From a virus: a stretch of DNA of 55,457 bases. The translations under genes and the position numbers were made by a program. Shown here piece by piece: positions 25,582 through 32,554 of this stretch. Under the pieces are notes generated by a model. It worked only from the letters and a program-made list of their open reading frames with translations. It searched no databases and was not told where the DNA came from. The number at the start of each line of letters is the position of its first letter. Within the stretch, counting starts at the first letter, position 1. The stretch is from positions 1-55,457 of IMG/VR virus record IMGVR_UViG_3300045988_047237; one strand, given 5' to 3'.

Positions 25582-25653
25582 TGTTTACATTCTGTTTACA
25601 TTTTGTATACAAGTTGTATACAAAATGTTACAGAACTGTAACAAATTGTAACC
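25582..25653. repeat. seven TGT-N-ACA-type 7-8-mers phased at exactly 11 bp (candidate pac / terminase-binding array)
   Basis: tgtttaca x2, tgtataca x2, tgttaca, tgtaaca, tgtaac, starting at 25582, 25593, 25604, 25615, 25626, 25637 and 25648. Confidence 0.7.
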
Positions 25654-25820
25654 TGAGATAAGACTTAGATTTAGATTAGATATTAAAATATATATAATAC
25701 TCCTTTACAGTCGTATTATATATGAGAGAGCGGGCGCGCGTGCGCGTAAATAAACCCTTTTCTTTTTTTTTGTCAAGTGAAAATCAAAAAATATTCCCGA
25801 CATTAATTTTTTATATTTAC

Positions 25821-25849
25821 TTGATAAAATAAAATCTATGTGATATAGT
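25821..25849 (+). promoter_or_regulatory. extended -10 promoter upstream of terS
   Basis: TTGATA (25821-26), 17 nt, TGaTATAGT (25841-49). Confidence 0.5.
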
Positions 25850-26014
25850 TATAGTCGCTAACAAGAATAATATATATATCTTAACACATATGATCGCCGG
25901 AGCGATTCCGGCACACGACAAACAAACGATTGATGAATACACAGAGCGGAATAAGTCGCCTGATGTATTTTATTTTCGTTTGTTTTTTTTAATTTCCAGG
26001 AAGGAGGCCCAACA

Positions 26015-26704
26015 GTGCCGAAAAAAACAACTTACATTCCGAGCAGGAACACAGAGAAAGCCGAGAACGGGACAGAATATTACGCAAGTAATATGTGCCG
26101 CCTTGCGGATGAATACGTTGATAACCTTCCGGACCCGGCAGCTATAACAGACAATACCACATTGTTTAGTGGTATGATAAAATATATCAATGTTAAATGG
26201 TTTAAATATAATAAACCAAACTATGACGACATTGATTTATTAAATAATATATGGGATATGTATACCGGATTATGTTACAAGTATAATAAATACCCAACAG
26301 TTATAGAGTTTAGTTTATTAATAGGTTTAAATAAAGATACTATTGATAAATGGAAAAATGAAGTAAGAAGAAATTATATATATTATGATAGTAATAATAA
26401 TATAATAAAAGATATAGAAAGTTATAGATTAAATTATCCAGAGGCTGAGATAGAGCAGAAACTAAGTACTTCTCACGCAAACGCGGTTAAAAGGTGGCTT
26501 GGAGAATGTGAGAATAACTTGATTCGTGGAGCGCAGGAAGTAAACCGTATCGGTTGCATTTTTGCTTTGAAGGCGAACTACGGCTACACCGAGACCGCGC
26601 CGGCAATCAAGGAAGGACCACGACGCGACAGCCTGACCGCTGCACAGCTGCCACAGTTGACCGCCTCCGGACGCCTGGAATTGTCCGACAATGAGACACA
26701 ATAA
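26015..26704 (+). CDS. terS: terminase small subunit
   Basis: GTG start after aggaaggagg. N-terminal HTH-like region and C-terminal IGCIFALKANYGYTE, as in small terminase subunits. Confidence 0.65.
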   Translation: MPKKTTYIPSRNTEKAENGTEYYASNMCRLADEYVDNLPDPAAITDNTTLFSGMIKYINVKWFKYNKPNYDDIDLLNNIWDMYTGLCYKYNKYPTVIEFSLLIGLNKDTIDKWKNEVRRNYIYYDSNNNIIKDIESYRLNYPEAEIEQKLSTSHANAVKRWLGECENNLIRGAQEVNRIGCIFALKANYGYTETAPAIKEGPRRDSLTAAQLPQLTASGRLELSDNETQ

Positions 26705-27010
26705 GCAGTTGTAAACCATACACAATTTAGACACAATTCAGACCTTTAAAAAACCCTTTAAAATAAGGCTTTCCAAACACGATAAACCTTAATAACGACA
26801 CAAAATAAATATTTTGCGACATACTTAACCATAAAGACGTTGAATTGTATTAATTGTTTGAGAATGGCACACAATTCAGCCGCTAGGGGGTGGGGGTGTA
26901 ATAGAATACAATATATTACACGACTAAGTCCCTCATACTACCGCGAAAATAAAAAGGCTTTCAGGTAGTCCCATTCCAAAATATTCCAAAAAACAAAAAG
27001 GAGTAAATCA

Positions 27011-27268
27011 ATGATGTATAACAGTTTGGCAGAAATGCAGAAATCTTATAGAGACCGTGTTAAGAATATTCTTGATAAAGACACCACTTTGCCAGCAAGT
27101 AAACGTGAAGTATTGCAGATATTTGATTACCTGGCAGAACAACACGCGGATGATGTTAGAGCTTGTAACATTCTTGATGAGGTTGTTAAGGCTAATGTCA
27201 GCCGCAGGAAATATAAAAAGATTATGCTTGCGGCGGCTAAAGAACTTATGAATAGGGGCATCGTTTAA
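27011..27268 (+). CDS. hypothetical protein
   Basis: 85-aa ORF after aaaggag; its 3' end overlaps the tRNA-Gln start. Confidence 0.5.
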   Translation: MMYNSLAEMQKSYRDRVKNILDKDTTLPASKREVLQIFDYLAEQHADDVRACNILDEVVKANVSRRKYKKIMLAAAKELMNRGIV

Positions 27269-27324
27269 TGGCAAGACACGGCACTTTGACTGCCGGGATA
27301 TGGGTTCAATTCCCATTGCTCCCG
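27254..27324 (+). tRNA. tRNA-Gln (anticodon UUG)
   Basis: Manual cloverleaf: acceptor 6 of 7 bp, D stem gttt/agac with GG loop, anticodon stem cggca/tgccg with loop cTTTGac, T arm atggg-ttcaatt-cccat. No encoded CCA. Confidence 0.75.
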
Positions 27325-27327
27325 TTC

Positions 27328-27366
27328 GGGAAGAGGTTCAGAATGGACGGCTGAATGGCTCTTCCC
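27328..27366 (+). other. long interrupted hairpin directly after tRNA-Gln
   Basis: 8 bp 27328-35/27359-66 plus 5 bp 27337-41/27351-55; no T-run. Confidence 0.5.
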
Positions 27367-27640
27367 CCACATGATATATCTGTATTCCATATTTATCATG
27401 AACCCCCTTTCTCCGCTAGGACTATTCTGTTAAGAACCGTGAGAGACGGTTCGGCGGGGTTTGTTCGGACAGAACATTAAGATGTCTGTTTGTGTGCGTA
27501 TCCCACTGCACACAAACGGCATTGTGGAAATCAACCCGTGGTTTTATTTGTTTCCCACGTTCCGTGATAGGCGGATGACATATTATAACTCCTCTTAAAA
27601 GTATGTGGTGTGCAAACGTACGGTTGTTTGCATACCGGCG

Positions 27641-27720
27641 CAAAACGTAGCTTAATTGGCAAAGCAAAGGTTTTTTCATCCTTTCTGACCTTGATGTCGG
27701 TCCGACTCCGGCCGTTTTGC
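27641..27720 (+). tRNA. tRNA-like element with aberrant anticodon arm (pseudo-tRNA or noncanonical tRNA)
   Basis: Perfect 7-bp acceptor caaaacg/cgttttg, U8, D arm gctt-aattggca-aagc, T arm gtcgg-tccgact-ccggc (C at position 55). The anticodon region folds only as 5 bp with a 9-nt loop ttttttcat, or 5 bp with a 16-nt loop. Confidence 0.4.
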
Positions 27721-27727
27721 TTAAAAC

Positions 27728-28330
27728 ATGATTATCTCGGTGCAGATAGGTTTTTCAGCCTTGCCGAGACACGCGAGAAAACGAGATAGGCATAATCGGG
27801 ATACCGGATATGCTAATATCTTTTGCTGTACTGTGAGGTACGGCAGGGAGACGGAAACCGTCAACAATGCTTGCGTGGTGTATCATCATAGAGAAGCCAA
27901 GGGCAGAGGACTTGTGGCTGTGAATAATAGACGCCTACGGTGTAGGAATAATCCGTTGAAGTTCGTGGAATGAGAGACCACGGACAAATCACGGAAAATC
28001 TCAAATTAAGCAGTGTGCCTTGAAACCGGAGAAATCCGGATATAACACAAGTAACTCGTTAAAGTAGCGGTATGGCACGATTTCATTCTAACAATTATCG
28101 AATGGCGAACACGATAATATTCCGAAAGAACCGTGAAATTTGTGGGTATCAATCCCACGTGTGCTTTGAAAGCGGCAAGAAGCCTTAGGGCCGCTCCCAA
28201 AGGCTCGGACTTGTTGCCACAGTGGCAGAATATGGCTGTATGTATGGTGAATAAAGAGAAATCTTAATTATGTTTTAGTTTTTGGAATGGCAAGATAGGT
28301 ATTGTAGTAGTAGGGACTTGCCGTTCCAAA
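27728..28330 (+). ncRNA. candidate large structured ncRNA (~600 nt; GOLLD/ROOL-like context)
   Basis: No RBS-supported ORF. Ten or more helices, including a GAAA-capped stem 28026-30/28035-39, long-range 28015-19/28074-78, and an H-type pseudoknot 28171-76/28190-95 with 28181-86/28200-05. Flanked by tRNAs. Confidence 0.5.
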
Positions 28331-28334
28331 ATAT

Positions 28335-28417
28335 GCAGATGTGGTGTAATGGTATCACAGTAGCTTGCTAAGCTATCCGGCAGAAATGCCGTCAAGGTTC
28401 GAGTCCTTGCATCTGCG
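28335..28417 (+). tRNA. tRNA-Ser (anticodon GCU), type II
   Basis: Acceptor gcagatg/catctgc, anticodon stem gtagc/gctat with loop ttGCTaa, long variable arm ccggcagaaatgccgtc, T arm caagg-ttcgagt-ccttg, discriminator G. Confidence 0.85.
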
Positions 28418-28490
28418 CTTTCACATATAAACGAAATGGAAATATAGTTGTTGGTTATCTGTATTATCCCAAAACCATCTATGTGTGAAT

Positions 28491-28691
28491 TGATGTGTGG
28501 CGGAATGGGTAAACGCTAATTGATGGTTAAGAGAACGGTGTGCGACAAGGATTGCTAGAACAAGTCTGGTAAATAGCTGTAAGCAATTACACCAATAAAT
28601 CCGTTAGAAAATAAAAATCCATTTATCCCTATTCGTAGGTGCAGACTAACTGACGGAATCTCATGTGTGGTTCAAATCCACACCACATCAA
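28491..28691 (+). ncRNA. tRNA-Leu-like acceptor/D/T framework whose anticodon and variable arms are replaced by ~147 nt of structured RNA
   Basis: tgatgtg-t-g-gcggaatgggtaaacgc (Leu-type D arm) at 28491-516. tgtgg-ttcaaat-ccaca then cacatca-a at 28666-91. Insert has helices taattg/caatta (28517-22/28584-89) and cacc/ggtg, plus the motif aggtgcagactaactgacgg. Confidence 0.35.
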
Positions 28692-28818
28692 GCGGTCGGG
28701 TAGCTCCCGAATAAGCAGGCGTTACAGTAGTCCCTGCTGAAATAATTAAAATGCTTGTGTGGCTAGTTTTAACTCGAATATAAAAAGGGTTGGAGTTGGT
28801 CACACAAGAAACTGTACA

Positions 28819-28856
28819 ATGGATAGTAGTTCAGTCGGGAGAACACCCACTGCGGT
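28819..28856 (+). other. tRNA 5'-half-like fragment (acceptor strand and D arm only)
   Basis: tggatag-ta-gttc-agtcggga-gaac-a-cccac... has a canonical D arm but no matching anticodon, T or acceptor 3' strands before the next RBS. Confidence 0.4.
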
Positions 28857-28871
28857 AAAGGAGACAGTTAT

Positions 28872-29108
28872 ATGCTCAAAAGATTGGCGAATTGGTATAT
28901 TCGCAGGAAAACAAAGAATTTAACCCGAATACCGCTTTTTACAATGACGTTTAACTACCGAAAATACAAAGCAGAGGGCAAAAAGGACAGCTGCACATTT
29001 TATTGTCATCCTGATATTGTGAATGACGAGTATGTGAAAGAAAAGCTGTCTGATGTTGTTGATTATATCCGAGATAACTATGATTTGGATATATTTACAA
29101 GGATTTGA
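28872..29108 (+). CDS. hypothetical protein
   Basis: 78-aa ORF after aaaggaga. Confidence 0.5.
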   Translation: MLKRLANWYIRRKTKNLTRIPLFTMTFNYRKYKAEGKKDSCTFYCHPDIVNDEYVKEKLSDVVDYIRDNYDLDIFTRI

Positions 29109-29117
29109 GGTGACGAT

Positions 29118-29507
29118 ATGAAAGATTGCTCGATTTGCAAATATTGTGATGAAGATTTTATTTTTGACAAAGAAATAGGAGAAGAATATCCGGTTTACAG
29201 TTGTCAAAAAGGAAACGACACATCGTTTGATTGTGAATGCAAGGATTTTAAGAAATACAAGCCGCGAAAATATAAAGAGAGAGACACTGAATGCGATATA
29301 TGCGAATACAGAGAAAAATGTGCAAAATATAGTTCTGGGATAGACTGCACAATTAGCGGAGATACAAAAACACATATTATTTATCCGCGAGATAAATGTG
29401 TTAAAAGGGCTTATGACTCTACGGGTCTTAATAATAAATTAGAGCATATGCAAATTGATATAGACCAATGGTTTCGGCTTGCTAATATGCCTACAGATGT
29501 GAAATAG
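29118..29507 (+). CDS. hypothetical Cys-rich protein
   Basis: 129-aa ORF after gaggtg; many CxxC/CxC pairs. Confidence 0.5.
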   Translation: MKDCSICKYCDEDFIFDKEIGEEYPVYSCQKGNDTSFDCECKDFKKYKPRKYKERDTECDICEYREKCAKYSSGIDCTISGDTKTHIIYPRDKCVKRAYDSTGLNNKLEHMQIDIDQWFRLANMPTDVK

Positions 29508-29594
29508 AAAATGTAAAAAAAGCAAAAGAACTAGGCGTTGAGATACCGAAAAATATAATAGACTATTTCAAAGAATATGGGATTGAGGTGTGAT

Positions 29595-29792
29595 ATGTGT
29601 AAATTTTGCAAAAACATAGTAGACATTCAAATAGAGAGCGAATTTGATACTGCTGTAGCCAAAGGAGAGGATTTTATATTTAAAGACGCGATGTGGTATC
29701 ATTTATACATCAATACCGGAGATAGCGGATGCCCTGGTGTTATGGACATAAATTATTGCCCTATCTGCGGTAGAAAGTTGATGGAAGAATGA
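29595..29792 (+). CDS. hypothetical zinc-ribbon protein
   Basis: ATG 29595 after gaggtg; CKFC...CPIC. Confidence 0.5.
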   Translation: MCKFCKNIVDIQIESEFDTAVAKGEDFIFKDAMWYHLYINTGDSGCPGVMDINYCPICGRKLMEE

Positions 29793-30139
29793 CGGAAACA
29801 ACTATTTTGTATATTTCCAAGGAACAGAAAAACATAAGAGATTTTCTTGATTACATAGCAGGAAGAGTAAAAGGCAAATGTAGTGTTTACACTTATCATC
29901 GCGATAAAAACATCTTAGAAATAGACAATATAAGAATTGTTGGCAAAAATATTTATGGAAATTATCTTGGAGCCGGCTACGGATATTGCCTGTATTATTG
30001 CTTTTCAAGCAAATTTGGTAAAGACGCCTACGACACCAAAAGAGAGAATGAAGCTTTAAGGCAAATTCTTATGCACGCAAGAGAGGGCGCAAGAGAAATA
30101 TCAGAGGATGAAGTGATGAATATACTAGGCTTGACTTGA
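29789..30139 (+). CDS. hypothetical protein
   Basis: ATGA overlap; 116 aa. Confidence 0.5.
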   Translation: MTETTILYISKEQKNIRDFLDYIAGRVKGKCSVYTYHRDKNILEIDNIRIVGKNIYGNYLGAGYGYCLYYCFSSKFGKDAYDTKRENEALRQILMHAREGAREISEDEVMNILGLT

Positions 30140-30153
30140 AAGTTGGTGGAAAA

Positions 30154-30408
30154 ATGAACGATTTCTTAAAATTCTTTGATGATAAAGCAAAAGACTTTCC
30201 GATGCATCTTGAAATTACTTATAGCAAAATATGCGATTGGAATATTTTAATTTACAAAAAAGGCTGTGCCGATGATTACCCTGAAGCTAGACATGACGGC
30301 GAAGATGTAATAATTGTCAATGAAAGTGATTGTGACATGGAACTTTGCTTTGCTAGGGCACATGTAGGGTTAAAAGAATGGCTTTCGGAATTTGAAGGCG
30401 GATATTAA
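30154..30408 (+). CDS. hypothetical protein
   Basis: ATG 30154 after ggtgga. Confidence 0.5.
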   Translation: MNDFLKFFDDKAKDFPMHLEITYSKICDWNILIYKKGCADDYPEARHDGEDVIIVNESDCDMELCFARAHVGLKEWLSEFEGGY

Positions 30409-30420
30409 GGCAGTGGGAGA

Positions 30421-30552
30421 ATGAAATTTTATTTAAAACTGATATTAAAAGTGCTGATCGTGATAGTATGCATCGCAATATCAATTTGGCTTTTTGCAAT
30501 TATTTATAATTCAGATATGCCTACATGGTTAAAATGGCTATTATTGAGGTAA
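30421..30552 (+). CDS. small membrane protein (43 aa)
   Basis: ATG after gggaga; hydrophobic LILKVLIVIVCIAISIWLFAII. Confidence 0.4.
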   Translation: MKFYLKLILKVLIVIVCIAISIWLFAIIYNSDMPTWLKWLLLR

Positions 30553-30558
30553 TAAAGA

Positions 30559-30723
30559 ATGAAACATCAAAAAGAATGGCACACTTGCGACAGGTGTGGT
30601 AAAGAGATAAAAGCAGGATTGCTGTGTAGGAACTCAATCACAACGAACGGCACTTTAAATATAACCTACGATTTATGCTATGAGTGCATGGAAGAATTTG
30701 AGAGGTTTATGAGGAATGAATAA
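30559..30723 (+). CDS. hypothetical zinc-ribbon small protein (54 aa)
   Basis: CDRC...CYEC; fills an operon gap. Confidence 0.4.
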   Translation: MKHQKEWHTCDRCGKEIKAGLLCRNSITTNGTLNITYDLCYECMEEFERFMRNE

Positions 30724-30931
30724 CATTGACAATCCTTTATCCGATTATCAACCGCCATCTGAAGAAGCAATGGTAAATTACGGCATATATGTTTCTGATT
30801 GCTCTTGTGACAAACTGTATACAGTTGAAATTGATGATAGCGCGATAACTACACATTTAAAAGCTTGCACTAGAGACTCTAAAATAATTGAGAAAACAAG
30901 GAGGATTATGAGGAATGAGTGGAATATTTAA
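30716..30931 (+). CDS. hypothetical protein
   Basis: 71-aa ORF overlapping the upstream stop. Confidence 0.5.
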   Translation: MNNIDNPLSDYQPPSEEAMVNYGIYVSDCSCDKLYTVEIDDSAITTHLKACTRDSKIIEKTRRIMRNEWNI

Positions 30932-31133
30932 AATGCCTGAAAATGTGATAATTCCAAAAGCTAGAGTTAAAAAAACGGGCGAAGAAGTAATGACAGTTGC
31001 GTTTGATTTAGGGCTGGAAACAGGAGACCGACCAATAGCAATGGTGGTTGAGAACTATAACGGAAAAACCTATATCAGAAAACTTATCAAAGATGATGAA
31101 GCGTTGGAACTGTATAAGTTGTTGACGGAATAG
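30915..31133 (+). CDS. hypothetical protein
   Basis: 72-aa ORF after aaggagg. Confidence 0.5.
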   Translation: MSGIFKMPENVIIPKARVKKTGEEVMTVAFDLGLETGDRPIAMVVENYNGKTYIRKLIKDDEALELYKLLTE

Positions 31134-31144
31134 GAGCTTTGAAA

Positions 31145-31381
31145 ATGAAAATAATAGCAATAGCAATGTTTGCGATGGCAGGAATCGTATTTTTGTTCTT
31201 GGGGGTATATTTTCTAATTGACTATATCATAACAAGACAAAGGCTCAAAATAAATCAAAAGGCTTGGGACGAATACAGTGCAAATATGGATTTTGATAGA
31301 AAGCATGATGTGTATTTGTCTTGGTGTACAGAACAAAAGGCGAAAAACGGATGGCCTAATTATTATTTTCCGAGATTTTAA
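31145..31381 (+). CDS. small membrane protein
   Basis: ATG 31145 after aggag; N-terminal TM helix IIAIAMFAMAGIVFLFLGVYFLI. Confidence 0.5.
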   Translation: MKIIAIAMFAMAGIVFLFLGVYFLIDYIITRQRLKINQKAWDEYSANMDFDRKHDVYLSWCTEQKAKNGWPNYYFPRF

Positions 31382-31391
31382 GGAGCGAGCA

Positions 31392-31871
31392 ATGATGAGT
31401 AAACCTTGGTTATGTACTACTTGCGTTAAAAGAAGAAGATGTCTTAAACACTTTATTGTGTGGCTTTTGGGTATTGCGAGATATGTTCATAGCACAAATT
31501 GTTATGAGCCAGAATGGAAACCAACATACAGAAATAGCAGTGCGACTATGGAACATCAAAACACAATGTTATGTCGCGGATATAGTGGCGAATTAAAACC
31601 TTGCAAAGATATAAAGGGTTGCGATTTATGTGTCGGGCCTGACATTGACGTAAATGGGAATGAAATATATGTATGTGGTCTCGGCACGAATACTTTTAAA
31701 TGCAAAAGGGATAACCCAAATTGGGAACCCTTGACAAAGCAGCAGTTTATTGAATTGCATAATAAAATGCTGATTTGCGGAAGAGGGAGAAGTATCGAAG
31801 AACTCCTTGAGAAAGCAATAATTGACGGAATTGTGGAGGATAGTGAAGATGAAAATATCAGAGATGAATAA
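31392..31871 (+). CDS. hypothetical Cys-rich protein
   Basis: ATG 31392 after aaggag; 159 aa with many Cys. Confidence 0.5.
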   Translation: MMSKPWLCTTCVKRRRCLKHFIVWLLGIARYVHSTNCYEPEWKPTYRNSSATMEHQNTMLCRGYSGELKPCKDIKGCDLCVGPDIDVNGNEIYVCGLGTNTFKCKRDNPNWEPLTKQQFIELHNKMLICGRGRSIEELLEKAIIDGIVEDSEDENIRDE

Positions 31872-32037
31872 ATGTATTGCAGCAATGCGCGATTGTTATA
31901 ATTTCAAAGATGATGAAACGGAAATTAGACTTGTAAATTTGGTAAACTATGATGAAAGATGTGTTTATATTAGTACAAAAGATGAAAACGGAACACAGAT
32001 TGAAATGACAAGGCGCGCGGATGAATTAAAACAATGA
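31849..32037 (+). CDS. hypothetical protein
   Basis: ATG 31849 after ggagga. Confidence 0.45.
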   Translation: MKISEMNKCIAAMRDCYNFKDDETEIRLVNLVNYDERCVYISTKDENGTQIEMTRRADELKQ

Positions 32038-32067
32038 TGGCTGATTATCAGCGGAAAGGAAGAAATC

Positions 32068-32451
32068 ATGAAAAAGAAACTTTTAGCATTAGGAATGACA
32101 ATCTGCATTGCGCTTGGAATGGTTGGCTGTAGAACCGCAGATGTCGTGAATCACAATCTGTCAAAAGATGGAGATGAGTTCAATCTCTATCGAAAAATTA
32201 CAGTTACAAATGCAAGGACAGATACAATTATGTTGCAGGCAGAGGGATATATGAGCCTTAGCAACAACAGTAGTAATGAGCTTGTAGTTACTATCAAAAC
32301 AGGCGAGAACACATATTGCAAAGATTATATATATCTTAACGATTGGACGTGTTATGTTATGGAGCAAACAGAACCGGTTGGGACAGATAAGTACCATTAT
32401 GAATTGGTGTTTTACCCTGAAAGATTAATACCAGATATTGATATTAAATAA
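32068..32451 (+). CDS. lipoprotein (candidate superinfection-exclusion or surface moron)
   Basis: Signal peptide with lipobox MKKKLLALGMTICIALGMVGC. Confidence 0.7.
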   Translation: MKKKLLALGMTICIALGMVGCRTADVVNHNLSKDGDEFNLYRKITVTNARTDTIMLQAEGYMSLSNNSSNELVVTIKTGENTYCKDYIYLNDWTCYVMEQTEPVGTDKYHYELVFYPERLIPDIDIK

Positions 32452-32554
32452 ATAATATATTACCGCCGCATAAGAGGTTTGCGGTGCTAACCTAGAAAAA
32501 TTATAGGCAGAGAGGTCTATAAGCATCTCTGCAAAAGCGGAGGTGCTTTTCTTT

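Noticed and set aside
25890-26147. An 85-aa ORF upstream of, and overlapping, terS.
   Set aside because: It has no RBS and an odd composition, and it overlaps the better-supported GTG-initiated terS, which has a strong aggaaggagg RBS.
27422-28200. Three track ORFs in the RNA island: 27422-27679 (-), 27728-27973 (+) and 28006-28200 (-).
   Set aside because: None has a Shine-Dalgarno sequence. Their products are Arg/Cys/His-rich and look like nonsense. They overlap tRNA-like elements and dense helices, so they are better explained as non-coding structured RNA.
28491-28691. A phage-encoded tmRNA (tRNA-like ends plus an internal short ORF atg gtt aag ... tgc tag).
   Set aside because: About 200 nt is far too short. 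There is no G3-U70 alanine identity pair, the 11-codon ORF does not end in a hydrophobic degron-like tag, and no pseudoknot series is evident.
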